Shown: positions 10,332-20,239 of the stretch, piece by piece | Numbering within the stretch: position 1 is the first letter of the stretch | Layout of the letters: every line of letters starts with the position of its first letter | Virus record (IMG/VR): IMGVR_UViG_2595698902_000001 | Location: 64,001 to 128,000 of that record | Reading direction: 5' to 3' (one strand) | Length of the DNA: 64,000 bases | Source: a virus | Taxonomy: Duplodnaviria > Caudoviricetes | Program-made: the position numbers and the translations under genes | Notes under the pieces: model-generated | What the model was told of the DNA's origin: nothing | What the model saw: the letters and a program-made list of their open reading frames with translations, nothing else | Databases searched by the model: none

Positions 10332-10744
10332 TCGGAAGCCTCTGAGAAAATTCCACCTTGTTGGATAAGAACGGTCCACACGGAACTCGGTTTGCGTTTG
10401 TGTTCCTGTGCAATTCGCACAAGCGCACGGCAAATCGCTACGCGGACATGTGGGTCGCGTTCATCGCTGAGGGTGTCGGCGGTGTAGTGTGCGTAAAGGT
10501 TATTGTAGATTTGTTTACTGAGCTGTTGATACAGCGCCTCTACCACTTCCTCCATATCGAAGGTAGGCGGTGGCAGTTCAGGAACATAATCGGCGTAACG
10601 TTCCTCGGCCAAATCCTGAATGGTGTTACGCAGGCCTTCAACGATTGGCAAAATTGCCGAAAGTTTTTGGGCAGCGTCCGCATTGCCTTTTTTGATAATT
10701 GCCAAGACAGATTCAACACTGTCTAGCGCGGAACTATGACTCAT
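10328..10744 (-). CDS. hypothetical protein
   Basis: ATGA translational coupling at both ends. Confidence 0.75.
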   Translation of the reverse strand: MSHSSALDSVESVLAIIKKGNADAAQKLSAILPIVEGLRNTIQDLAEERYADYVPELPPPTFDMEEVVEALYQQLSKQIYNNLYAHYTADTLSDERDPHVRVAICRALVRIAQEHKRKPSSVWTVLIQQGGIFSEASE

Positions 10745-11427
10745 TGTAAGTCTCCAATAGATGCCCGTCGCCACACGGCAAAGAGGGTTTGTTTTAGATC
10801 AGGATAATTAGGCAGCTCCACGTCGAAATACACTTCGTAGAACAACGCCAAGTTATCGCTTTTTAGTCGAGCGATACTGATTTTGTAGTCGCGCCCTAAT
10901 GCAACGGAAACCTTATCCCATTCTTTAACGTCTCGCACCTTTGACGGGTGGCGATCTTTGTAAACGGTTGTGGCTTTTCCATCCTTTATCGCTCTGCTGG
11001 CAGTAAGCTTTAGGGATTGAGGTACTTCTTTCAGCACCTTGACCGAGGCCATACGCTCCAGCAAATGATTTAAGGAAAACCGTTGCGCTTTCAATCGCGC
11101 ATTGCCGCGCACAATGAAACGTTTAGCGACATTGGTTAAACCGTCGCTTTCGATTTCGATATCAAACGTGTGCTTTTGGGGCACCAGATGGTACAAAAGG
11201 AACTTAGAATGCAAGGCATTGCTAAACTCCGTATACCTCTTATTTACAGAAAAGAAATTGCGCAGGTCGTACAGGCATTTGGTTCGGGAACCAGCCTGAG
11301 TCAGCAAAATGCGAAAGCACTCCGACAAAACCTTTTCATCAAGTTTCTTAGTCGCAGGCAATTCCGTAAAAGCTTCCCACGCTTCTTTGAAGTCGGTGTT
11401 AATGTCGGAGGGTATTTTTCGCTTCAT
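10741..11427 (-). CDS. hypothetical protein
   Basis: 228-aa ORF in the operon. Confidence 0.75.
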   Translation of the reverse strand: MKRKIPSDINTDFKEAWEAFTELPATKKLDEKVLSECFRILLTQAGSRTKCLYDLRNFFSVNKRYTEFSNALHSKFLLYHLVPQKHTFDIEIESDGLTNVAKRFIVRGNARLKAQRFSLNHLLERMASVKVLKEVPQSLKLTASRAIKDGKATTVYKDRHPSKVRDVKEWDKVSVALGRDYKISIARLKSDNLALFYEVYFDVELPNYPDLKQTLFAVWRRASIGDLQ

Positions 11428-11761
11428 CTTTTTTCTTCTTTGCCAGAATTAGATGCTTAGAATTCCTACTCGACGCACATTGCGCGTGGCAGTCAGCGCA
11501 AAGGGTGCGCAGGTTCGCCATTATGGATAATCCGCCCTTGGCTACCGAGCGAATATGGTCTACCTGCAAATAGGACGTGGCCGGGCAACGTGTGCATTTG
11601 TAGCCATCACGTTTCAGAACTTTTTCACGGAGCGCCATCCAATCGCCAAACGATCCGTAGGCCTGTTCTTTCGTGCGGCGTACCTTCGCGACAACCTTGG
11701 CTTTACCCGGAGAAGAAATCACACTTTTTACACGCTTGGGCGCCACACGTTTTCTTTGCAT
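11399..11761 (-). CDS. small HNH endonuclease
   Basis: W..LR..VLKRDGYKC..C, LQVDHIRSVAKGG, NLRTLCADCH. Confidence 0.9.
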   Translation of the reverse strand: MQRKRVAPKRVKSVISSPGKAKVVAKVRRTKEQAYGSFGDWMALREKVLKRDGYKCTRCPATSYLQVDHIRSVAKGGLSIMANLRTLCADCHAQCASSRNSKHLILAKKKKDEAKNTLRH

Positions 11762-12528
11762 TACATGAGTACCTTGTTAATGCGGTCCACGGCTTTGGCG
11801 TAATCCTGAGTCAGCATTTCTGCGGCTTCACCTACAGAGTTTTTCAGCTTTTTCAGAATCTCTTCGCGCACGTCTTCGTCTGCGACGAACTTAGTCAAAG
11901 CGCCGTGCATGTGGAAATAAATGTTAGTGAATTGCTGCGCCACTTCCATATGGTATGGCTTGAGCACACTCACTTCCATCTGTTGAACTTGGGCCGTGAT
12001 ATCCCGCGATGCGCGCAGGTCGGCGATCACTTCGCGAATCTGAGAATAAATGGTGTTAAGCGCATAAACGTCTTTGTTGTAAATGCGATCTTCCATTTGC
12101 TCTTCAAGGCGCGTAGCCAGACTTACCAGCTGCTCAAAAATCCGACGTGTTTCTTCATCGAATTCATCAACAGGCGCTGGCAGTGCTGCATACTCTTCGA
12201 TTGCCTCGACAAGCATTTGCTTACCTTTCCCGGCTTTCTTGAGTGCAGCAGGCGAAGCAGGCACAAGGTCTTTGACCTCTTTCAAAACGGTGCCGTCTTT
12301 CGACTTCTTTTTCTTTTTCTTTTCGGTAGGTTCCTGTCCAACCTTGTAGGTATTATCCTCAATGGTGAACGGCTCTTTTGCTTCTACCTTTTTCTTTTTC
12401 TTTTTCAGGTTCTTGCCACGGCTACCTTCCTCGGCATCGCGGTTGCGGAACTTGCCACGCTCGTCTACACCGTCGTCATCGCCGCCACGAACGGAAATAG
12501 GTTTTACGGCAGAACTTTTCTTAGCCAT
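11761..12528 (-). CDS. hypothetical protein with Lys-rich N-terminus and helical C-terminus
   Basis: ORF coupled (TAATG) to the HNH gene; start at MAKKSS after GGGGAAAG. Confidence 0.75.
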   Translation of the reverse strand: MAKKSSAVKPISVRGGDDDGVDERGKFRNRDAEEGSRGKNLKKKKKKVEAKEPFTIEDNTYKVGQEPTEKKKKKKSKDGTVLKEVKDLVPASPAALKKAGKGKQMLVEAIEEYAALPAPVDEFDEETRRIFEQLVSLATRLEEQMEDRIYNKDVYALNTIYSQIREVIADLRASRDITAQVQQMEVSVLKPYHMEVAQQFTNIYFHMHGALTKFVADEDVREEILKKLKNSVGEAAEMLTQDYAKAVDRINKVLM

Positions 12529-12550
12529 AACTTTCCCCACCACAACAGAC

Positions 12551-12574
12551 AAAAGGGGACCGAAGCCCCCTTTT
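12551..12574 (-). terminator. Rho-independent terminator
   Basis: AAAAGGGGACCGAAGCCCCCTTTT hairpin after the highly biased gene at 12589-13449. Confidence 0.7.
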
Positions 12575-12588
12575 GTATATTGCGAAGC

Positions 12589-13449
12589 TTAGAAGAACAC
12601 GTAAGAACGAACGCGATCCATGAACGCTTGGAAGTAAGCAGGACGGCGAGCGAAAACGCGGCTGTAGAAAGCTTGGAAACGGTCAACGTCGGCAGCGGCA
12701 GCGGTTGCTACAACTTCGCCAGCTTCCTGCACGTCTTCTTCTTCCAGATGGTCAGCGCCAGCGATAGCAACGATCATTTCGCGGTGAACCATTTCTTTCT
12801 GACCGTTCGGACGAACAACCATGATATCCGGGGTTGGCGAACCGTCGTGATTGTCTACGGCAGCGGCAGCAAATGCCATTTGCATATCGCAGGATTGCTG
12901 CGAAACGTAGAAAATCAAATCGCCGCCCTGTACCATTGCGCGATCCTGAGCGGATTGCAGGTGCAGGTTTTTGTTGTTGAAATCGTTGTGGTCGGTCGAA
13001 GCGCAAGCCAGCAGGTTTTGCATGATTTGCAGATCGTCGGTGCCAACGGCTTTAACCATGACTTCGCCGGTTGCGGTTTTACGCAGTGCCCACAGCGATT
13101 CGGCTTCGCCATCCATCATGTACATGTTGGCGGCAACAGCTTTGAATTTGTCGCGGTTATTGTCGTTGTAAACAACGCGCTCGGAAACCACACCGACAAT
13201 ACCTTCAAACACATGCTTGGCGGCGTCGGTCGCCAGAGTCATGAAGGAACCCGGAATCGGAGTAATGCCTTTGAATTGTTGGCGAATGCCTTCAAAGACT
13301 TGCTCTTTGGTTGCGTTTGCAGAAGCGGTTGCAACGATACGCATAAAGCGATCATCAACTTCAAACGCTTCACGAATATCAACTTTGGTTACAGCGGTTT
13401 TAGCCGAAGTTACGAGGGCAGCTTGGGCTTTGGAAGCATTGAACGACAT
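12589..13449 (-). CDS. putative abundant virion protein
   Basis: strong codon bias, GGAG RBS, upstream GTAATTTA motif, its own terminator. Confidence 0.6.
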   Translation of the reverse strand: MSFNASKAQAALVTSAKTAVTKVDIREAFEVDDRFMRIVATASANATKEQVFEGIRQQFKGITPIPGSFMTLATDAAKHVFEGIVGVVSERVVYNDNNRDKFKAVAANMYMMDGEAESLWALRKTATGEVMVKAVGTDDLQIMQNLLACASTDHNDFNNKNLHLQSAQDRAMVQGGDLIFYVSQQSCDMQMAFAAAAVDNHDGSPTPDIMVVRPNGQKEMVHREMIVAIAGADHLEEEDVQEAGEVVATAAAADVDRFQAFYSRVFARRPAYFQAFMDRVRSYVFF

Positions 13450-13476
13450 AGGAATGTCTCCAGTTGGTTATATCAG

Positions 13477-14340
13477 TTAAATTACGAATTGTTTTAATTC
13501 AGCGTTCCACAAGTGTTTGAATTCATCACGAATAACAAACACCATCTTGCCACGCGGCAGGCCGGTTGTGTCCTTTGCTTCGGGGCTATGGAACGCATCG
13601 CTGTACAACTCACATCCAATTACCGTTCCCAGTTTGGCCTGAGATAGGATATCGCTTTTAGTAATCGGGTCCAGCATGGTTGCAAACAGATCAGAACCTA
13701 GAATGCTTGACCATGCGTCCGCATGAACCAAAACGTATTTGGATTTGCAGGCAAAACCCATCACGTATGCAGGCTCGGTTTCAATAAGTTCTACGTCAAG
13801 CTGTACGCCGTGAGTCATGGCTTCGGGCAACCGTTTAAAGTATTCCGAATTCGCTATTTCTTCCTGAACTGGGGTTGTCTCAGGAACGTCGTGCTTAGCC
13901 GCATGGTGCGGAACAAAAATCACTTTGCCTTGCGTTTCAGGCGAATGATCTTTCAGGTGCGGCGGCAGAAAGGCATCTGTGTAAACGCGACAATTGGCCA
14001 GCGTGCCTACGCTGCCATCCAGCACTAAATCGTAACGGGTGATCGGATCAAGCAAATAGGCCCAGTGATTCATGCTTGCGATGCTCGCCCACGCACTATT
14101 ATGGATGAGAACATAAGCAGCTTCTGCAAGATAAGGAAGCGCTTTATCGGGGTTGTCGAAAACGTTTTCGTCTACAATCTCGCCGTGCTCCAAAGCCTCT
14201 TGCAGCCTTACGAAATACTCACAGCCTGCCTGCTGTTCATCATCCGTCGTGTATTGCTTCGTCGGATGTTTTGCGGCAGTGGCCTCAAGCAGTTGCACAA
14301 TTTTTTCACGCAATTCTTCGTTACAAGGATGCTCGCTCAT
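13477..14340 (-). CDS. protein of two tandem repeats resembling the major capsid protein A-domain
   Basis: internal duplication: YVLIHNSAW..LDPITRYDL..GSVGTLANCRVYTDAF versus YVLVHADAW..LDPITKSDI..AKLGTVIGCELYSDAF. Confidence 0.6.
   Translation of the reverse strand: MSEHPCNEELREKIVQLLEATAAKHPTKQYTTDDEQQAGCEYFVRLQEALEHGEIVDENVFDNPDKALPYLAEAAYVLIHNSAWASIASMNHWAYLLDPITRYDLVLDGSVGTLANCRVYTDAFLPPHLKDHSPETQGKVIFVPHHAAKHDVPETTPVQEEIANSEYFKRLPEAMTHGVQLDVELIETEPAYVMGFACKSKYVLVHADAWSSILGSDLFATMLDPITKSDILSQAKLGTVIGCELYSDAFHSPEAKDTTGLPRGKMVFVIRDEFKHLWNAELKQFVI
13478..13485 (-). promoter_or_regulatory. putative late-promoter motif GTAATTTA
   Basis: similar motifs at 18720, 20168, 38485 and 38519 upstream of putative late genes. 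Confidence 0.4.
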
Positions 14341-14367
14341 TTATTAAAACCCCATGTCATTTTAGTT

Positions 14368-15582
14368 TTAGAAGAAATTGCGGAAGAAACCGCCAGTAGA
14401 GCCACGGCCCGGATATCCCGGCAAACGCGTCATTGGTGTATTGGAAACACCCAATACGCCGAACGCTCGGCTGGAATCAATGAAGCCTCCGCCTGCGCCA
14501 CCATCGCCACCCAAAATGCCAGCACGACCCAGCAGTTTTTTGTATGGCTTTACCTGCGATTCAATTTGCGCATCGATACGACCCAGTGCGCTTTCGAGTG
14601 CAGGCGTGCGGTCTACGTTTAAGCTAACCGTTTGACCGCCGAAATCAAATGCTAACGAACCCTCTGCCAAGTTCTGCGAACCCAGCGCGTAAATTGCGGA
14701 ACAGGTCAACCAGCAATCAAGCAAAGCACCCTGCATATTCGTGCCGGTGAAATTCGTGATATTTGGTTGCAGACTGTTGAAGAAACTCAAGCCACGGCTC
14801 AAGTATTCCATGAGGTCGGATTGCGTGTATTCCAATTCAGGAATGATATTCGCAACTCGCGCCCGGTTAATGTAATCCTCAAGCTGGCGCGCAGCTGTAA
14901 GGATTTGCGGAGTAATCATCCACACTTTGTAGGTCAGCGTGGTTTTCGCCAGCTTGCGCGCAGGCGTATGATCAACCAGCAAAGTCAGCGGGAACATTTG
15001 CGCTTTACCTATCACGGTCGGCATATCAATAACGGTGCGCTTTGCTTGCGCTTCCACCTTGATTTGCGGATCGGTAACATCCCAATCGTTAAAGATCGTT
15101 TTGTTGTTGTAGAAAAGCGAAACGGTAAGGGAATCTCCCTCTTTTCCCGGCTTGGCTTTAATCCCATTTTTGAAGTCTGCGGGAGTCGCGGCAACAGGCG
15201 GTTTGTATTTGATCGGCACGGTCAATTGCATACGGGTATCACGCCCGCACAAAACAACCAGATCAGAGTCCCGCCCTAATGTCGCCGGTTCAACTGTGAT
15301 TTTTGTTCGCGCCTGATGGTGCCCATCCTGTCCTTGGAAAGTCCAGCGCGCAACTAAATCAACAGAGTCCCGCAAATCCATGTTGGGGATTGGCAAATCT
15401 GCCATCCATACGCCCGGCTGCGTGGCGTGGTTTTTGGCGTAGACCTCGGCAATCACGGATTTATCAACGTCAAACAATCGTACTAACGGCGCGGGGCTAT
15501 CCTCTGCCGGTAATACAGGATCGTCAAAATCGTCAAAGAATTCTTCTGTGATTGTGCATGTAGTGCCTTCGTAAACACTCAT
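14368..15582 (-). CDS. putative virion neck/head-completion protein
   Basis: 404 aa; C-terminal AFDFGGQTVSLNVDRT resembles T4 gp13-type adaptor proteins; structural-gene context. Confidence 0.45.
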   Translation of the reverse strand: MSVYEGTTCTITEEFFDDFDDPVLPAEDSPAPLVRLFDVDKSVIAEVYAKNHATQPGVWMADLPIPNMDLRDSVDLVARWTFQGQDGHHQARTKITVEPATLGRDSDLVVLCGRDTRMQLTVPIKYKPPVAATPADFKNGIKAKPGKEGDSLTVSLFYNNKTIFNDWDVTDPQIKVEAQAKRTVIDMPTVIGKAQMFPLTLLVDHTPARKLAKTTLTYKVWMITPQILTAARQLEDYINRARVANIIPELEYTQSDLMEYLSRGLSFFNSLQPNITNFTGTNMQGALLDCWLTCSAIYALGSQNLAEGSLAFDFGGQTVSLNVDRTPALESALGRIDAQIESQVKPYKKLLGRAGILGGDGGAGGGFIDSSRAFGVLGVSNTPMTRLPGYPGRGSTGGFFRNFF

Positions 15583-16481
15583 TAGTCAATCACCCCTTGC
15601 GCCAACTTATTCGTCAGCGTTTCGATATCATGCAAAGCGGAATCATCCAGCGGCAATAGGCTCACCAATCCAGTTTCATCCGGCCCCACTTGGTTTTGCA
15701 CGTAACGCAACAGGAATTGGCGGATATTATCCTTTGCCTCTTCCTCATACTTTTCGTAGTATTTGCTACGGCGCCGCATGGGCAGATTCGGTGCAATGTA
15801 GCGGACATAGTATTCAGTGAATTTCGGTGTCCATTCTACCTGCAACAAATCCGGCATTCGTTTCCAGAAATCCAGAACGTATTTCCAGTCGGGCATTGCG
15901 GTGTAAAACATTGCCCGAGGGATGTTCTGCCGTAGAAACTTGGTTGCCGTTAAATCTACGCCACCACTGAATTCTCGCATGGAACGAATCACGGCTTTTG
16001 TGTAGCCGCCAGCGATATCAAAAAGATAACGCTGGTCGCGTTCCATCATTTGCTGCATACGCGCTCTGGTCAGCACAACCATCGGAATGGAAATGCTAAT
16101 GAATTCGTCCGATTGTACGTCGGTCGGTCCCCAAATTGCGGTGTACCCGCGCAGCCATGCGACATGCGCAGCTTTTGCAGCTTCGTTACGCTGAGTCCGG
16201 GCAAACGTGAAAACTAGACCAGTACGGCGCACATTCGCGGGCGGCAAATCAACTAGGCCGACGCTAGTGTTTGTGTACTGGCTCCAAACGTTCACTAGGG
16301 TAAACGTCGTTTTCGTCAAGAATGCTAACGGAGTTTTTCGCAATTGTTCCTCAAGGTAATCGAGGACCATTTTGATATCGATCAGGTAACGATCAGTGTT
16401 GTAAGTGGTGATGTAGCGGTCGCCACCGTAGGGCCATGCCGAAAGACGGAAATCTAACGGCATGGGAATGTAGATTTTCAC
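15582..16481 (-). CDS. hypothetical protein
   Basis: 299-aa coupled ORF. Confidence 0.8.
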   Translation of the reverse strand: MKIYIPMPLDFRLSAWPYGGDRYITTYNTDRYLIDIKMVLDYLEEQLRKTPLAFLTKTTFTLVNVWSQYTNTSVGLVDLPPANVRRTGLVFTFARTQRNEAAKAAHVAWLRGYTAIWGPTDVQSDEFISISIPMVVLTRARMQQMMERDQRYLFDIAGGYTKAVIRSMREFSGGVDLTATKFLRQNIPRAMFYTAMPDWKYVLDFWKRMPDLLQVEWTPKFTEYYVRYIAPNLPMRRRSKYYEKYEEEAKDNIRQFLLRYVQNQVGPDETGLVSLLPLDDSALHDIETLTNKLAQGVID

Positions 16482-17683
16482 TTCAACACAAGGCTGTAGG
16501 AGTGCATGTTGCCGTCGATAGAACGCAGCGAACGTGCATAACCAGATTTAACCAGCTTGGCGATATTCGGGAATCGATCAAACGCACGCAGAATCTGCGC
16601 CTGAATTTCGCGATCACCTTCGGGGAATTCCAGCAGCACTTCGTTATTTTCAACGGTAATGCCGGTAATGCCTTCGATAGCACCGACGCGGGCCTGCACT
16701 TCGGTAGCGTCAAGATTCAAATCAGCTTTAACGCTAAACGTTACGACTTCGTGCAGCGCCACTTCGCGCTCTACGCGGTTGATCAGTTTGTTTGCGATAT
16801 CGGCGGTATCTTTACCAGCAACTGGGCGGCCAATTTCGTATTTGTTCGGCAGCACAATACGGTCGTGAACATTCACGAAAGTAGTGAGGTTGAATTTGTC
16901 ATCAGCCGGAGCCAGACGCGCAGTAACCACAACTACCAACGCTTTGTGGAAGCCGTTGGTCATGTCGCGCCAGTGAGTGATATCGATGTTGAAAACGAAA
17001 TCAGTAACGCCGTCTTTGGTGCCGATGTTGACGAAATAGCCAACGGTGTCGGCATCGTCCAGCTCTTGCTGCGCGTCGGTTACGTCTTCACCTGCTTCTT
17101 TGCGGGCATCGATTTCTTTTTGCGCAGCTTCGATACGGGCACTTTCGATTTCTTCAAAATGCTTTTGCACACGGAAGAAAAGGTCATTAACTGCTGGCGG
17201 GGTATTACCCTTCGACAGTTCGGTCATGCCGTTAATGGCTTCCATGTACAGATCAACCATTGCGCTATGACGTTCGGTCATTGGTACAATTTCAGCGCGC
17301 ATACGTTCGTTCTCGGTTTTCGAGCACGCTTCGATAATCGCTTCAATCTGATCAATTGCATCGCGCATTTCCAGCGCGTCGAGGTTTTTCTGTAGCTGGC
17401 GTGGACCGGGCAAATCCAGTTTATCGACAACCAGCGAATGACCAGAACGACCACCAATTTTCTTTGGTCTGCCGCCTACGTCATCGCTGCCGCCACGAAC
17501 TTCGATAACGCTTACGCCCGAGGCAGTAGCGAGGTGACGGCCACGGAATACTTTACCGAACAAAGTACGCAGCAGACTGGTAAACTTGGAAATCAGTTTG
17601 CTGTAGCGGCCTTCGTTCTTTTTGTAGTATTTCAGCGCCTGCTCTGGCGTCATCCGTCGGATATAGCTGTAGTCTTTTTTCAT
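16478..17683 (-). CDS. hypothetical (putative virion) protein
   Basis: 401-aa coupled ORF. Confidence 0.8.
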   Translation of the reverse strand: MKKDYSYIRRMTPEQALKYYKKNEGRYSKLISKFTSLLRTLFGKVFRGRHLATASGVSVIEVRGGSDDVGGRPKKIGGRSGHSLVVDKLDLPGPRQLQKNLDALEMRDAIDQIEAIIEACSKTENERMRAEIVPMTERHSAMVDLYMEAINGMTELSKGNTPPAVNDLFFRVQKHFEEIESARIEAAQKEIDARKEAGEDVTDAQQELDDADTVGYFVNIGTKDGVTDFVFNIDITHWRDMTNGFHKALVVVVTARLAPADDKFNLTTFVNVHDRIVLPNKYEIGRPVAGKDTADIANKLINRVEREVALHEVVTFSVKADLNLDATEVQARVGAIEGITGITVENNEVLLEFPEGDREIQAQILRAFDRFPNIAKLVKSGYARSLRSIDGNMHSYSLVLK

Positions 17684-17686
17684 TCT

Positions 17687-18685
17687 TTAAGAATCCATGA
17701 TTGTGTTGAGTTTATCTTTCTCAGTCTTGCCGACGTTGAGCAGTTTTGTCAGCTTGTTAAGAGAGCGTGCATCATAGATTTTTCGTTTACCTACGATGAA
17801 CGAAATCATCTTGTTGTTACCGTACTGGGATACGCGGTGGATGATATCCGTGTTCGGCAGATTCACGGCCCGGCGCAGGTACGGCAAAACCCGCTGCAAA
17901 AACTTGTTGATATCGTCCGGTTGAACAAACGATTTCAGCACAACGTTTAAGCGGTCTTCGGTGACTTCGATGTTCTTAACCAGCTTAGACGCCAACAGCT
18001 TATCGTCTTTCGGTTCGGGCGTGCCGATATACTCGAAATCCGACAGGTTATTGGTTAGATACAGTTGAACATCCTTCGCAGTATCCACGCGTGATTCGTC
18101 GCTGGAAACATACGGAGAATCTGGAACGGAAATGCGATATTCCCCACCGAGCAAAGTGAGTTTAACGGTAATGGGACCACTAACGAATCCGTTAGCGTCG
18201 GCAATACCGCCGTCCGTGCGGAAACAAATCATTTGATAGTCAGGCAAACGGACGTGCAATTGCGTGGTGTGGCTAATCTTCGATAGCAGCTTGTAAACAG
18301 GCTCTGCCAGATAGCTCAAGTGCTTGTCCATTCGAGTGGAACAAACACCATCAATCAGATTCAAAAGGCTCTTTTGGAAATCGTGAATGTTGGACTGCAT
18401 AACGCCAATCATTTGGAAACAGCGGTCGCGTTTGGAATCGCTGAATTCCTGCACAATGGATCGAGCACAACGCAGTTCAAGCAAAGAATCAACGCAAAAC
18501 GTAAGCGCTTCAACACCATCCGACACTTTCAGCTGGGATAGTTTCTTTTGGTTGAATTTGGAAACCAAAACGCTAGTGGTCATGTTAATGCGGTTTAATA
18601 CAGCGACAACCTCATTGGCGTTTCGGGCGTTTTTTAGATCAATGACGTTCTTTGAGTCATCAATATACTTTGATTGTATTTGCAA
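17687..18685 (-). CDS. hypothetical protein
   Basis: 332-aa ORF downstream of a GTAATTTTA motif. Confidence 0.75.
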   Translation of the reverse strand: MQIQSKYIDDSKNVIDLKNARNANEVVAVLNRINMTTSVLVSKFNQKKLSQLKVSDGVEALTFCVDSLLELRCARSIVQEFSDSKRDRCFQMIGVMQSNIHDFQKSLLNLIDGVCSTRMDKHLSYLAEPVYKLLSKISHTTQLHVRLPDYQMICFRTDGGIADANGFVSGPITVKLTLLGGEYRISVPDSPYVSSDESRVDTAKDVQLYLTNNLSDFEYIGTPEPKDDKLLASKLVKNIEVTEDRLNVVLKSFVQPDDINKFLQRVLPYLRRAVNLPNTDIIHRVSQYGNNKMISFIVGKRKIYDARSLNKLTKLLNVGKTEKDKLNTIMDS

Positions 18686-18740
18686 TGCTCGAACACCTAA
18701 GAATATGGTGGGTATATCGTAAAATTACCGTCCAGATAGC

Positions 18741-18777
18741 AAAAAACCCGCCTTTCCTAATGGATTGGCGGGTTTTC
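18741..18777 (-). terminator. Rho-independent terminator (possibly bidirectional)
   Basis: AAAAAACCCGCC...GGCGGGTTTT. Confidence 0.8.
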
Positions 18778-18803
18778 TGTATTACCTTAACTCAACCTAG
18801 AAA

Positions 18804-20093
18804 TCAGGAGAAGCTAAGTTTCTTCGGCATAGCGCCGCTTTGTTTCTTCACTGCGCCACCGCTGGCCTTGGCAGCTGGTTTAGCAGCGGCGGCTGGTTTA
18901 GCGGCAGGAGTTTTCTTGCTTGGGGTTTTCTTGTCAGCTTTAGCTGGTTTTGCGGCGGGTTTAGCTGCCGGGGTTTTCTTCGGACGACCCGGAGATTTTT
19001 TAGCTGGCTTTTCAGCTGCGGCTGGAGCGGCTGCGGCTGGGGTTTTCTTTGGACGACCCGGAGCCTTCTTCGGGGTGCCGTCTTTTTTCACGCCATGCGG
19101 AGCTGCCGGAGCGGCTGCGGCTGGGGTTTTCTTTGGACGACCCGGCTTTTTCTTTTCAGGCGCTGGAGCTGCTGGAGCTGCGGCGGCTGGAGTCTTTTTC
19201 GGACGGCCCGGTTTTTTCTTTTCTGGAGCGGCGGCTACTGGAGCGGCAGCGGGAGTCTTTTTCGGACGACCCGGTTTGCGTTTTTCAGGAGCGGCTGCGG
19301 CTGGGGTTTCAGCCGGTTTTACTTTTGGCTTACGGCCCGGAGTTTTAGCCGGGGTGCCGTCTTTTTTCAGCTTTAGACCCGAGGTTGCTGGGGCTGCGGC
19401 TGGAGCAGCGGCTGGAGTCTTTTTAGGACGACCCGGAGATTTCTTCTGAGCACCACCAGCGGCTGGCTTCGGATCAGTATTTACCAGACGTTTGCCTTTC
19501 GAGCTGATTGGCTGCTTCTGGAAGTTGCTGATGAAATCTTTCAGGCGGAACGCACCTTTCTTCTTGCTCGCCTTTTTGATTTTATCAACCACTTTCGAGT
19601 GGGCCTTGGTGGACTTCATACGCTCGGCTGCCAGAGCAGAACGCTCTTGTGCGTAACGCTGCTTTTCAGCAGTGCGCAGTTGAGCACGCTTGGCCGGGGT
19701 GACTTTGAGGTCACGGATTTTTTGCAGAGCTTTTTTGTGCTTGCTTTGTACCTGACCGCTCTTTTTACGCAGCGCTTCACGCACTTGACGCTGAGCATCA
19801 CGGGCGGATTTCAGCTGGCCGGCAGCGTGAGTACCGGCGTGGCGGTGCTTACGGCGACGAACATAGGCAGCTTTAGCTTTTTTGGCTTCGGCTTCGGTCG
19901 CACCGTGGCGCATGGCACGCAGGAAAACTTGGTGGGCCAAGTGAGCCAGTTTGTCCTCATGGGACATTTTCTGGTATTTCTCTTTGGCCTTTTTGTTGAT
20001 TTTGTGCTTATTCTTTTTGTAATAAGCTTTGTGTTTCTTGGCGTCCTTGACGACCTCGGCGCCCTTTTGCTTCTGTACAGCTTTAGTAGCCAT
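18804..20093 (-). CDS. histone H1-like/AT-hook-repeat basic DNA-binding protein
   Basis: very K/A/P-rich; six PGRPKKTP repeats plus one PGRKPK variant. Confidence 0.8.
   Translation of the reverse strand: MATKAVQKQKGAEVVKDAKKHKAYYKKNKHKINKKAKEKYQKMSHEDKLAHLAHQVFLRAMRHGATEAEAKKAKAAYVRRRKHRHAGTHAAGQLKSARDAQRQVREALRKKSGQVQSKHKKALQKIRDLKVTPAKRAQLRTAEKQRYAQERSALAAERMKSTKAHSKVVDKIKKASKKKGAFRLKDFISNFQKQPISSKGKRLVNTDPKPAAGGAQKKSPGRPKKTPAAAPAAAPATSGLKLKKDGTPAKTPGRKPKVKPAETPAAAAPEKRKPGRPKKTPAAAPVAAAPEKKKPGRPKKTPAAAAPAAPAPEKKKPGRPKKTPAAAAPAAPHGVKKDGTPKKAPGRPKKTPAAAAPAAAEKPAKKSPGRPKKTPAAKPAAKPAKADKKTPSKKTPAAKPAAAAKPAAKASGGAVKKQSGAMPKKLSFS
18968..19445 (-). repeat. coding tandem repeats (KKxPGRPKKTPAAA)
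   Basis: recurring GGACGACCCGG/GGACGGCCCGG units with ~60-90 bp periodicity. Confidence 0.85.
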
Positions 20094-20239
20094 CGGGATG
20101 TTCCTCGATTAAAGGTTTGTTTAGGTTGGCTTTAATCGTAGCGCCACGATGCTAACCAACTTAATCCTAAATTAGTATGTAAAAACAAATACGCTTTTGC
20201 GACCTAACCCGAGGAACCGCCCCAATAACTACCGTTTTA

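Noticed and set aside
4734-10487. 1917-aa ORF on the plus strand
   Set aside because: It is the in-register antisense shadow of the helicase; codon bias avoids antisense stops. The translation is F/V/R-rich with no motifs or RBS.
11590-13497. 635-aa plus-strand ORF (and similar shadows at 24608, 26737, 28416 and 29389)
   Set aside because: These are antisense to well-supported minus-strand genes and show no recognisable domains.
18968-19445. Regularly spaced repeats resembling a repeat-spacer array
   Set aside because: The units vary at synonymous positions and encode PGRPKK peptide repeats, so they are protein-level repeats.
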